Shown here: in pieces, positions 21,605 to 33,805 of the stretch | Layout: the number at the start of each line of letters is the position of its first letter | Position numbering within the stretch: position 1 is the first letter of the stretch | Assembly (NCBI RefSeq): GCF_964188315.1 | Contig: NC_135655.1 | Location: forward strand, 64,108,001 to 64,172,000 | DNA: 64,000 bases | Source of the DNA: Podarcis muralis | Lineage: Eukaryota | Reading direction: 5' to 3' | The notes under the pieces: model-generated | What the model was told of the DNA's origin: nothing | Database searches by the model: none | The model's input: only the letters and a program-made list of their open reading frames with translations | Translations under genes and position numbers: made by a program

Positions 21605-24600
21605 AGGTGGTTCTGATGGGACAGAATCACAACACTAGCTTTCTGGCAGGTGTGCTGCCACTGCTGACCTGGAAGTAGAGGGCGAGGCGAAGGGAAGATC
21701 AGTGTAGTGCAAGTGCAACAAGAGGAGTATTAGTTTTACCCAACTACTTCACCTGCACCACACATCACACCTCGCTCTTTCCCTCTTGGTAAGAGGCAGT
21801 GACACACCTGCCAGGAAGCTAGCATTGCAGCTCCACCCCACAAGGCAAGCTGCTTCTGTTATTATTTTGGATAATAGGCAATATAATAGATGAAACATGA
21901 AGAGAAATACACATTACCCATTTCTTATAGAATATGTTTCCCTAACCCTACTGGAAGTTCTCACATCGCACTGTGGAATAGCTTTTGCCTCCTTTGTAGC
22001 CTCATCACATTGCTGGCTCACAGTCACATTAAGACTTATCAAGATTCTCTTGTGTTATTTCCATTTAATGCATTCCTATGAGAAAACAAAGTGCTTATTT
22101 CTGGGTGTCAAATGCATCAATTGAATATAGAAGAAACTTCTAAAACTTTTATATGGAAATTAGATGACAACTGAAGCAAAACACATTAACACAATAACAG
22201 AAGCACAGCTGTCAAGAGAAAAACATTAATTAGCTCTCTACCTATCCAGTATCCCTATATCCACTTGTGGAGATCTTTAAAATTTTAGAGGAAAGACAGA
22301 AAAAGCTTAAATGACTGTGCAGCTAATTCCAGTGTTGGGATAGGAAAATTACTTTCATATTTACCGTAAACCCAAAAATTCAACTATAATGAGAAACAGA
22401 AGCCTATAGAGATGGTGGTTTTATTGTGGTTGTCTTTTCTTTAGTCAAAACTGACTTCTTGGCTGTTGTTGTTTTTAATTGTTTTTCATACTTGTCTGCT
22501 TTCCAAGCTGTGATCCTCCATGGGCTGAAATCTCTAGAATACTGTACCTAAGTATATCAAGGATTTAGCAGTCTTACTATAAGCTACTAATGCACTATTC
22601 AACAGTAACAGTCACAGAGAAACTATTTCAGTAACATGCTGGAATTGCTAACCCACTATTCACAAAGTTGATATGTAAGGTATACCATTGGCAAAACCTT
22701 AAAATAAATTATCTTCCTTTTTGATGTATGCAGCGCCAGGAATATGGGCAAAAGGGCACACGTAAATTGAAACGGGAACAGCTGTATTCAGAACTAATTA
22801 TGCTTTCAATCATAGTTTACTCAGAAGCCACAGAAAAAGTGTTGCACTTTAATCAACCCAGGAAATTATAAGACTATGGGTAAAACCTTGATGTCAGAGG
22901 GCAAAATGCTGTGAGTTTAAAACATTTTTTGTAGGTAGTAAAAGAAAGATTGAGTGTCAGCAGATCACTCAGTATCATAGGACAGGTGGGAATTAATGAC
23001 CACAAAGTATCTAGCAGGAGCTACAGTAACAAAGTCTCTCCTGCAATAATTGCTAGAATGGCCTCCTCGGTTAAAGAGCAATTTGAGCCTGAAAGAAATT
23101 GCTTGGTTGTCTAGTTCAAACACAAGATGACTATAACAAAAGAAAGAAAGGCCCAGACACCTGCGGAGAGCATGAGAAAACATAGACATAAGAATGTTAG
23201 GTGGTAAGCACTACATAAAATAAATATTTCATATGAAAACTTTTGGAAACCAACACTCAAGATGTCAAGAACATGTGTAATGCAAGGAAAATGTTGAAGT
23301 TAAAGCTCTGGCACAGATCTCATGAGGGCTCTTTGTCCAATTTTCTACTCATATATATATGGGCCATTTCTTGTGAAATGATTTCATTTCATATTAAATT
23401 AGTCTGAGTGTTATAGTGCTTATTACACCAGGCTTAATACAGAAACTGAGTCCTCCTCCTAAGGATGTCATTAAAGCATACAGTATGCTCTAAATATACA
23501 AAGCAGGCAGACTGCCTACTGTTCCATTCACAAAGTGTTAGGTTTTGACCATACCATGCTTTTAATAGCAGAAGAGAGAGTGCTTCAACATAATGGAGAG
23601 GTCGGGTAACTTTCCAAAGCCCTCCAAATACAAAAAGGGAGAGGTTTCCTATAGCTTTCCAAGAATGTGCTGAGCAATGGAAGGAAAGAGGGGGAGAGAG
23701 AGATGAAGAGAAATCGTCATGTCAAAATTTATCAGGTGGAATGGGACAGTACCAAAAGGAGAAGGGGAAATGGATACAGTACCCGGATATAGAGGTCCTA
23801 CACTGACCCATGAGAGTACAGGTGGGGACCATTTTGTGCAAGGGTTCCGTTCCTGACCCCTGTGCGCATCGGCAAAGCACACATGAGCCAAACCCAACTC
23901 ACCCAGCCCCTCCAGCCCCGTTTTCAGGCCACTTCCGGGTCAGCAGCGACAAACACGTGCTTGGACATGCTGATTAGTTACACTGTTAAGTCAAGTGCTT
24001 CCGGCCACTAGAATCTATTTTGGGGGGATGAGCTGTGATACACACTAATAGATGGAAGTCAGCTATGCAGAATATATATATATATATATATATATATTTT
24101 CTGGGAGGCACAACTTTGTATTGTTTCAACAGACCTTTTAACTGAAGCTCCTGAGACTACAAAGAGTTTCTGGTCTTCGAACAAAGTGGTTATCCAGCAT
24201 AATGAAGCACTGTGCTTTAGTTACAGTACTTGTAAATTTACATTAGAAGGCGTATATTAGTGGCATTTCCCTGAAAAAATATTCTTCACACATTTCCTAA
24301 ACGGTACTGCCTTAATTATAAAGAGATTAATGTAATACTTCAAGATGTTTAACCATTTGTCACACTATACAGGTAAATACAGCAAGTATAGACACCTATG
24401 CAACAAGAGTACTATTTGAACTACATACCACCAACTTTCATATACCTACAACCATGGGCATAAACATTCCTTCAGCCAAAATCTGTGTGGTACACTGTGG
24501 AGAGAAGTTCACAAAACTGCGTAACCTTGTGCTAGGCTGTAAAACAGTTCAAAAGGTACGGTATATCACCTCTGTGCTCCCTTGAAAAAAACAGTTTGTG

Positions 24601-25054
24601 TGGTTCCCTAGATCATGCCTATGCAGCATGGTAATTTGTGTGTGTGCAGATTTCTTTTCAAGTGTGGGCCTTTGTGGAGTGCAGCCTTAATTGCTTATGG
24701 CTAATTCATGACACTGATATGTACTATGTGATAACTCACTGTCAAGGCTTCATTCAAGAAATATAAACTGATGTGGGAAGACACTTATTCAGATTTGTGG
24801 TATAAAATACACATTTTACCTGATACTTTTCATCCAGTCCAAAGTCAAATCTGAAATATAAATACAAGAATCTTTGCATTTTTCATTACCCGATTCCACC
24901 CCCACCCCTTGTTTATAAAATTAATCACAGCTAGCAGGGTAGAAATCGCTGTGAGCTTCATGAATGACATCCAAGAGATGGGAAAGGATTAGTTCACAGT
25001 TGCTGCCAGTTATAGCGCCAGGTGGCTTTTTCTGCAGCGAAGGTGTTAGCGATA

Positions 25055-25202
25055 NNNNNNNNNNNNNNNNNNNNNNNNNNNNNNNNNNNNNNNNNNNNNN
25101 NNNNNNNNNNNNNNNNNNNNNNNNNNNNNNNNNNNNNNNNNNNNNNNNNNNNNNNNNNNNNNNNNNNNNNNNNNNNNNNNNNNNNNNNNNNNNNNNNNNN
25201 NN
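25055..25202. other. assembly gap (148 N)
   Basis: Run of N. Confidence 1.
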
Positions 25203-25396
25203 CCCGAGAATGCCAATCGTGATCCAATTTCGCTGTGCTGGTGGCCCCTATTCCCTGTCCAATAATACATCTGTTAAAAAATCCTACAGCTACAAATCAA
25301 GTTTAATCCTACCAGGGACCTCATGTTGGTCTTGTCTTCCAAAAAGGCAGCAGGTTCTGCTGTCTATCTCTGCTAGTGTCTGGGGAATACCCTTTA

Positions 25397-25624
25397 NNNN
25401 NNNNNNNNNNNNNNNNNNNNNNNNNNNNNNNNNNNNNNNNNNNNNNNNNNNNNNNNNNNNNNNNNNNNNNNNNNNNNNNNNNNNNNNNNNNNNNNNNNNN
25501 NNNNNNNNNNNNNNNNNNNNNNNNNNNNNNNNNNNNNNNNNNNNNNNNNNNNNNNNNNNNNNNNNNNNNNNNNNNNNNNNNNNNNNNNNNNNNNNNNNNN
25601 NNNNNNNNNNNNNNNNNNNNNNNN
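25397..25624. other. assembly gap (228 N)
   Basis: Run of N. Confidence 1.
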
Positions 25625-27663
25625 CTTTGCCTTTCTAGATGAAGTAAAATAGATTCACATAAATTAGTTGGCCATTTCCAGATTCCTAAATCCCCTATTA
25701 CATCTTTTATTGACAGCTCCTGTGAGGATAGCACAATCATTATTTCTTTTTTGCTGTTGGCTTCTGAAACAATGGAGCTCTCTAAGTGAAATGTACATGG
25801 ACTGTGTGTGGAAATTAACATCTTGTTTGCTGTAATCTTGGATTACAATTGACATTGTGCATAATAAAAGCAGGAAACATGGATAGAATTATCCTCTTCC
25901 TGAAACCAAAGGCTTTCTCAAATTCATGAAATAAATAGTGTAAGATAAGAATTTTTTAAATGTCGTTGCCATTCATATATAATCGTTAAACCAATTAAAT
26001 ACACAACTAAGTAAGCAAATATATTTTTAAATTTAATATACACTCAAATCCTCCCTGTTAATTAATCATGGTTGCTGTGGACAGATAAATTTATCAGTAA
26101 GCTTACTGATTATGAACATTTTTGTTTCTGTGCTGTCTTACTTAGAGTACCAGATTATAACTACTTTCTTCTTAATAAATTCCAACTGAAATCAATGAAA
26201 CGTACATATACGTACATGTGCTTATTGCACCTTGACGTTTATGTGAGTTGTAGAATTTTGAGATATATCAATCCATCTTTTTTCTGGAAAAATAAAGAAG
26301 TCAATACTTTATTGATTTTAACTCATTATTAGAAAAACAAGCTCCATGCACATACAAAATGGAAGGCGCCAAATGTTTTTATCATCTGTGTCACCAGTTT
26401 CACATTTTAAGATTAATACTTGAAATGTAAAGATACATTTATACATGTTCTGCATGGTAAGATATCAGCCATAAACAGGCTAAATACATATTGCAAGATT
26501 GCAAATAATTAAACAAGGTTGTGCAATCCCACACCACAGCAAAATTTGAAGACGTGTAAGAACCATCTGAGTTGCCATATGTCCATATTGTACTGGAAGA
26601 AGCAGAAAGTCAAGCCTTCCTTAAAATGTAAGTAAAGAAGAGGTCTGAAATGTAAGTAGCCTTCAGAACCATTCACCAGTTTGCTGAAGAAAGGGATTTC
26701 CTGCTACGTGTTTGTTTCAAAATTCTTCCTCAATCCGCTTTCCAAAATCTTTATTCATGAAACAGCTTCTGTATTGCTGGTATCATGACATACACCTGTA
26801 ACTAATGGCTATCAATATGTGAGAATTATTTACCGCTTCTCTGGAAATTAGTAGTCCTAAAGTTGTCTGAGCGCACGGAGTACAGGTGCTAGACATGGTG
26901 TCATTTTGCATGCAAGGGTCATTTTCGTAGGGGCAGTCAACACAGATACGTGTTTTCTTTTGGTGTTGAGCTGAAAGTTTTTGGTCATCAGCTTTTGCCT
27001 TGAAAGTAAGAGGCTAGGTTCATAAGGGCTTTTGGAATTTGAGGAGGGGGTACCTAAGGTTTTTGAGTGGTGGGAGTTACCAGTTGGTGGGTACTTAAGT
27101 TCTAATAAGTCCTTTCCTCTCCCATTTTTACTGCTGCAAAAGCTCACTGTGGCAGCCACTTTCCATCTGCCACCCTTCAAATGTGGAAAGAAGCTACATG
27201 ATGATGTAACCTCATTAGAAGGGTTATGGCAGGGGAACAACCACTTCCATTAGGGACTGCCCCCACAACGTCCACTGGAATCACAGTGCATCAAGACATA
27301 GCATTGTTCTGGGACATTCTGCAGGGAGGGAGAATGGCTGCTCATAGGCAGCTGCCACAAAGATCTCTGCTGAAAAGGTCTTTTTACAACTTCAGGACCC
27401 AGTACCCACTCCTAGCCTAAAACTCACTCCCCTCCCCCAGCCCTGATTTTCAAAAAAACTTCAAAAGGAAAGTGAACCCATCAGGGATATCCAACCCATT
27501 CCAGGGTGTGCTTTGCGCCCAGGAGATCCAATTCACACAGAAAGTTTCTGCATGAGGATGAGGGCTTCCCCAATGGCTTAAATGTCAGGATCATCTCTGC
27601 ACATGTATGCTTGTTAGATGTGTAGAGTTTATTGTCATTTAAGTCAATAGGAAACTGGTATTA

Positions 27664-27918
27664 CCGTATTTTTCACTCTATAAGATGCACCAGACCATAA
27701 GATGCACCTAGTTTTTGGAGGAGGAAAACAAGGGGGGAAAAATTCTGAATCTCAGAAGTGAGAACAAGAGGGATCGCTGCGCAGCGAAAGCAGCGATCCC
27801 TCTTGCTGTTCTGGCTTATGTGATAGCTGTACAGCTTCATTCGCTCCATAAGACGCACACACATTTCCCCTTACTTTTTAGGAGGGAAAAAGTGAGTCTT
27901 ATAGAGCAAAAAATACGG
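27664..27918 (-). mobile_element. 255-bp non-autonomous MITE of the pogo element at 1-1423
   Basis: TA|ccgtatttttcactctataagatgcacc ... gtcttatagagcaaaaaatacgg|TA. The left ~60 bp is the reverse complement of the autonomous 3' end. Confidence 0.92.
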
Positions 27919-28399
27919 TATATGTACTGCCCGTATGAAGGATGGGTAGAAATTATTGAAAGTTGTAAATAATAGGCAGAGAATTTGCCCAAACTATTAT
28001 ATTTTGTATACATCTTATGACACTACATAATTTTTCTACATAAATTCTCAACACATATTTCTCCAACCATCTTTAAATATCTAACACCCATGTCTATGTA
28101 TACACTTTTGGATGAAAGCCCCATTGCTTTCTATGGACCTAGCTACTTAGACAAAAACTGGGATGCATATGACCAGAGTAATAGTGTATGGAACCACATT
28201 AGATAATTAACACTCCATTAATACTCATTTGAGGCTGTTGCATTTATGTGACAAATAATAGAAATCAATATTTAATCACATGGCTATATTTTCCTCTATT
28301 TTTGGATAAGCAATACAAATACACAGTTTCTAAACATGAATAGATGAGTGCAATGATATTCAGTCTAAGTTAATCCCCAGACATCTAAATCCATGAATA

Positions 28400-28635
28400 N
28401 NNNNNNNNNNNNNNNNNNNNNNNNNNNNNNNNNNNNNNNNNNNNNNNNNNNNNNNNNNNNNNNNNNNNNNNNNNNNNNNNNNNNNNNNNNNNNNNNNNNN
28501 NNNNNNNNNNNNNNNNNNNNNNNNNNNNNNNNNNNNNNNNNNNNNNNNNNNNNNNNNNNNNNNNNNNNNNNNNNNNNNNNNNNNNNNNNNNNNNNNNNNN
28601 NNNNNNNNNNNNNNNNNNNNNNNNNNNNNNNNNNN
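28400..28635. other. assembly gap (236 N)
   Basis: Run of N. Confidence 1.
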
Positions 28636-30202
28636 GGCCATCACTGCAGCTAGGGAAAACCACCTTGTGATCTCTGGTTTCTGTTCAGCAGATGACAGCC
28701 AAATAATATGTTGATTATTCTGTTTGTGCTGCTAAGCTTGTAAGATGGCATAAAAGCGATATGATCTATTGTGAACTCAATGCTAATGTGTTGCTCTACT
28801 CATAAATGATATACTGAATGTATTTGGAAACAATCTTTTATCTTTTAGGCCACTTTTTAAATGCATGAAATAAAATAAAAGGCAGCACCAAACATTATTA
28901 AATATGATGTTTTTAAGTAAAAGAGAAGGGGGAAACCTGGCATAGCAAAGACAAGCAAGCCTCAGTTATCGCTTTGTGAAGTCAGAGGTCATATTTCTAT
29001 TGTATTTAATGGGGTTTGGATCAAGCCTTTCACAAGTACAGCCAACTTTTTCTACATCAGTATCATGTTAAAAAATTGAAGGCCTGAACTTAAAAGCAAC
29101 AATACAGCTTTAACTTTGAATGGTCATATAAGTGTGTATATATATGCATATTTAAAATTTTACAAAAGGAAAAAAAGTTTTGAGTCTCTGCCATGCCATT
29201 TCGTTTATAGCAGTACCTGTTGATATGACTACATACTATCTTTATATCATATAATTTATGTTTCCTTGTACAGAAGTACTGACAGCCTTCTAATAACTAA
29301 TCAGAGTTATGTAGCAGAATAGAGTTTGACTGTTGCCATATTTGTTTCTGAGACTAAGACCTGGCATATCGAGAGGTCATAAAGAAAACAGTGGTCATAT
29401 TTAAGGAAAAGCCATTCTGAAGAACTACTGACCTCTTCCATTGCTTCCAAAATGTTAATGAGCAAGTGAAACAGGATTCACAGATGTTTCTTATTTTCAG
29501 TCAGATGCATACAAGACCCACAAATGCAATTTGCGTCATTGGTTAAATGAAAATAGATATGAACTATGTTTTGAACAATAACATTGCTAGGTGATAGTAA
29601 ATTACTTCCTACAAATCCCTCTTCAAAACTCAAGTCTCTGGGAAGCCTTTGGAACAACACCCAAGTTCCAGGAAACCAAGGTCAGACCTATCATTACGCA
29701 GAGTGAAGCAAGTGCCTCAGGCAACTAATCTGGAGGTGGGGGCAGTAAAGGCAGACCCCCCCCCCCAGGTTTTTCCATTGAGCCTTCTGGCTGTGCCCTT
29801 CAGTCATAACACCCCCATAAATAGCTGGCTGCCTTCAGGTATACTTAAATAAAATCCACTGTCAGTCCAATTGGCTTCTGTACACAGAATGGGGAAGAAG
29901 GTCCCTTCTTGTCCTTTTATTGGTAGCAAAATGTTTAGGATCAGCCTTGCAACTTGCTGTTAAGTAAGCCAAGGTACATGTAATCAGTATAACTGCATAT
30001 TCGTCTCCTGTTTACCATGCCACCTCGTGCCTTTCCCTATAACATATAGATGCAATTAGCTACCTGAAATAAAGGAACGTTTACTTATACTTAACTTTGA
30101 GCACTAATTTCTCATCCTCAACATAGTGACCTGGATCCTAACAAACTTTCAACTCATTGAAAAGGACTTTCCTGTCTCCCCTGTTCCTCTGTAACCCTTG
30201 GC

Positions 30203-30389
30203 CATAGCTGTCAACTTTCAGATTTGAAAATAAGGGATCAGCAGCCTCGAAAATAAGGGTTCAGAAGCCTCACCTGTCCCGGGGACAGTCTAGGGGATAT
30301 CTAACAATCCGGGATAGCAGCGGGAAGCAGCGGGAAACGGCACTGGAATAAGGGAATTTCACACAAAAAAGGGAAGGTTGACAACTATG
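30203..30389. mobile_element. hAT MITE (CATAGCTGTCAAC TIR)
   Basis: TIRs catagctgtcaact / ggttgacaactatg and an 8-bp TSD CCCTTGGC / CCCTCGGC (one CpG-type mismatch). Confidence 0.82.
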
Positions 30390-33311
30390 CCCTCGGCATA
30401 CATACACCCTGAATGTTTAGGGATGAAGATCCCTCTAAAACAGCATGCCACCCCACCCTAATCTTTCATGGGTTCCATGTGCTTACCCAGGGTTTGTGTT
30501 TCCTTTGAAATGAGGTACAGTGGAGACTGTACTGTCTTTATGATACATGGTTCATTTACACATATATAAAACCAGAGTCTACAATGGAGGGGTTCGCAGC
30601 ATTAAAGGGTCTTGCTTCTCCCATAGCCGCAGCCTTGGAGTCAAACAGTTCTCAAACATTGCTCTGACTCTCTCTCCAGCTGACAACTTTACTTCCAGGT
30701 CACATCACTCCAACTCCACTCTAAACTCAGGCTTTGCCCTTCTATGGGTTGAGGGAGGGGCCTCACCCATTTGCTATCTCACATAGAGCTCCTTTCCCTT
30801 GTTTCCTTTAATTGTCCATCAAACAGGCTATGAGCTCAAGACAGGAAGCTAGCCTGGGTTATATTTTAACACTTGCTGGATCCAAAGGTTAGAAGGATTT
30901 CGCATACAGCCTACTTCCCTCCCACCCACCCCCACAAAGCCCTCATAATTTTAGGATGGAATGTGGCACCCAGGATAACTGCAGAATAAGAAGGGGTGAG
31001 TTGTTGTGACACCTCCCCCCCCCCAGCCAATTGCGATGGTCATGGGGCACACAGGGGGAGGAAAAAGGGGGGGGGACTCCATTGTGCAAGTGGAAGTCCT
31101 TGTGAAGGGCTTCCACTAACGGGGCTGCTTAGGCAAATCCCACACCAGGATATTAAGTATTTCTAAATAAATAAACACTACTCATTTTAATGGAATTTAT
31201 TTCCAAGTTAGGTATCATTAGGACTACACCCTTGATGTAGTTCATGTGCTTCCTTAATCTTTGCACTAGTACAAGTCATGCATTATCTCTTCCATTTGCT
31301 CTGTGTATGTTTTCCTGTTTCAAATATGTACACCTTTTTCTGTTTTGAATATGCACAGTACACATTAGAAGTGCTGCCTACCAATGACAAATATTATCTG
31401 AGCAAGAACTCTATAAACCTTGGAAAAACCCATATGCATAATGACCTGTGCTGTCCTGCAGTAAAATTTTATAGCCTGTTTTTTCAAAGATACTGAACTT
31501 ACTGAATAATGGCAGATAACACAGTACATTCAGCTGCTAGTTCAAGCATTAGTAAAGCAAACACAGTGGAAGAAATGCCTTACATCCTGGGATCTTAAAT
31601 TTTTCAGGGTCTTGAAAACACTATCACTGTATTGGTTGTAATTCATAAAAATAACTATTTAGAAGACTGTTTATGGGATTGTTCTCAGAGATAATTTGTT
31701 TGATCGAAATTCACCTGAGTGATCATCAGACAATGAAAACGTCTTTTGGTTTTCACTGACATGTGTTAACAGAAAGCAAATTTCCTTCAGCTTAGATATT
31801 TCTAACATTGTTTAACACTTTTATTCTTCTCAGATCGAAGATGATTAAAGCATGCTATAATTTAGACTCCTGGTACAGACTTTTAAAAAGTGTAAATACT
31901 ATTGTGAGATAATTCTGTTGGAATTCAACCTGAAATTGGTATTGCTCGTCAGAAGCAAAGAATCCCTTATGGGGGGAACTTATACAAGACTTCCCCATAT
32001 TTGAAAAGATGTTGCTACTGAGTAACCAGCAATATTTTTTCTCCCTGAGTTGAAACAGTCAAATAAAAATATAAAACATTATGTGATTAAAAAAAGCCAC
32101 ACATAAAAACACATTACAATCATAATCAGTTCAAAACAGTAGCAAACTATTGGGATACTAACTGTCAACAGTCCAACCAAAAGGTATGTCTATGTCTTCA
32201 GTTGATATCAGAAGACTGCTAATGAGGGTGCCAACCGCATCTCCATCAGGAGAGAGTACCACAGCCAGGAGACCACAACACAGAATGCTTTTACCCATAT
32301 TCCTGTACAACATGCTATGCCTATAGATGGGACTCAAAGAAAGGACTTCCCTGAAGAATCACAGCTCAGGTTGGCAGATATTTGGAGGGGTGTTTCTTTT
32401 AGTCCTTGGGTCCTAAGCCATTTACGGTTTTATATACTAGTGTCAACACAATGAGTTGGTTCTGGTGATTAACAGGTCACCAGAGCAGCTATATAATCCC
32501 ATTTTTCTGCCCCACTTAATAACATTGCAGCTGTGTTCTGTTCCAGCTTCAGCTTCTGGATCATTTTCACAGATACTTCTACACAGAGTGCATTGCAGTA
32601 GACCAATCATGTAGTCGCTAGAGCATGAATAGCTGACATCTGACTATCCCTGTTCAGGAGTGGACAAAGTCAGCAATTCAGCAGAAGCCAGAAAAGTGTG
32701 GGAAGCAACACTCTCACTATGTTCCCAATGCGTAATATCTGCTGCGGAAGAGCATAGCAGCCTGGGGCACTCATAGCGCTACCTTAACATGTCACTGCTG
32801 AAACTGGTACACAGATTGATTCCATTTCACAGCATCTCCTTAAACAGTAAAAATCAATGGGTGGTAGTCAACCATGTTTTACTTAGAGTAGATACATAAA
32901 AATTTCAATGGGTCTACTCTGAGTAAAACACAACTGAACACCACCCAAAGCTTCTGCAAATGACGTTTTCTCACAGAACATCATTCCAATTTAAAGTAGG
33001 ACTTAAGCTGTAAACTTTACCATTTCCGTCACACAAATAATTTCTTGGAGCAAAAGAAATTGCTCCCTTAGACATCTTTCTCCCTCCCATCTCTTCTATT
33101 TATTATCTCTTCTTTCTCCCTCCCATCTCTTCTATTTATTTATTTATTTAATTCATTAACTAAAATTTCATACCATTTAACTGTAAAGAAGACCACTAAG
33201 CGGATATGTCAGCCTTCTAGCATTAAAGTACTACCAACTTCTTGATGTGAAAAAAGGGAAGTCAGTTCTGTGGATAGCTTTTTCAGTACAGCTCTTCTTA
33301 CCAGAAAGCTA

Positions 33312-33805
33312 CCGTATTTTTCGCCCCATAGGATGCACCGGCCCATAGGACGCACCAAGTTTTTTGGGGGGGAAATAAAGGGGGGGGAATTTATTTTCCC
33401 CCCCAGGTGCTTGTGGGGCCGGCAGCGGGGAGAAGCACTCTTCTCCCCGCCGCCCGCCTGCAGATCAGGTCCGGGGACAGCGGGAAGACGCGCTGCGCCT
33501 CCCAGCTGTCCCCGGAGCTTGCGGGGCTGGCGGCGGGGAGAAGCACGCGTCTCCCCGCCGTCAGCCTCCAAACCACATTGGGAGACAGCGGGATGGTGGC
33601 GTTCCACCTCCCCGCTGTCCCCCGACCTTGTGGGGCTGGCGCTGCGGCTCTCCTGAAGCCTGGAGAGTGAGAGGGGTCGGTGCGCACCGACCCCTCTCGC
33701 TCTCCAGGCTTCAGCGAAAGCCTGCATTCGCCCCATAGGACGCACACACATTTCCCCTTCATTTTTGGAGGGGGAAAAGTGCGTCCTATAGGGCGAAAAA
33801 TACGG
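33312..33805 (-). mobile_element. 494-bp GC-rich MITE of the same pogo family
   Basis: TA|ccgtatttttcgccccataggatgcacc ... gtcctatagggcgaaaaatacgg|TA. The right ~85 bp is shared with 27664-27918, and the interior is serial hairpins. Confidence 0.92.

Noticed and set aside
24964-28663. ORFs containing X runs
   Set aside because: They are artefacts of translating across N gaps.
33075-33140. 30-bp direct duplication next to a (TTTA)n run
   Set aside because: Ordinary slippage in low-complexity sequence.
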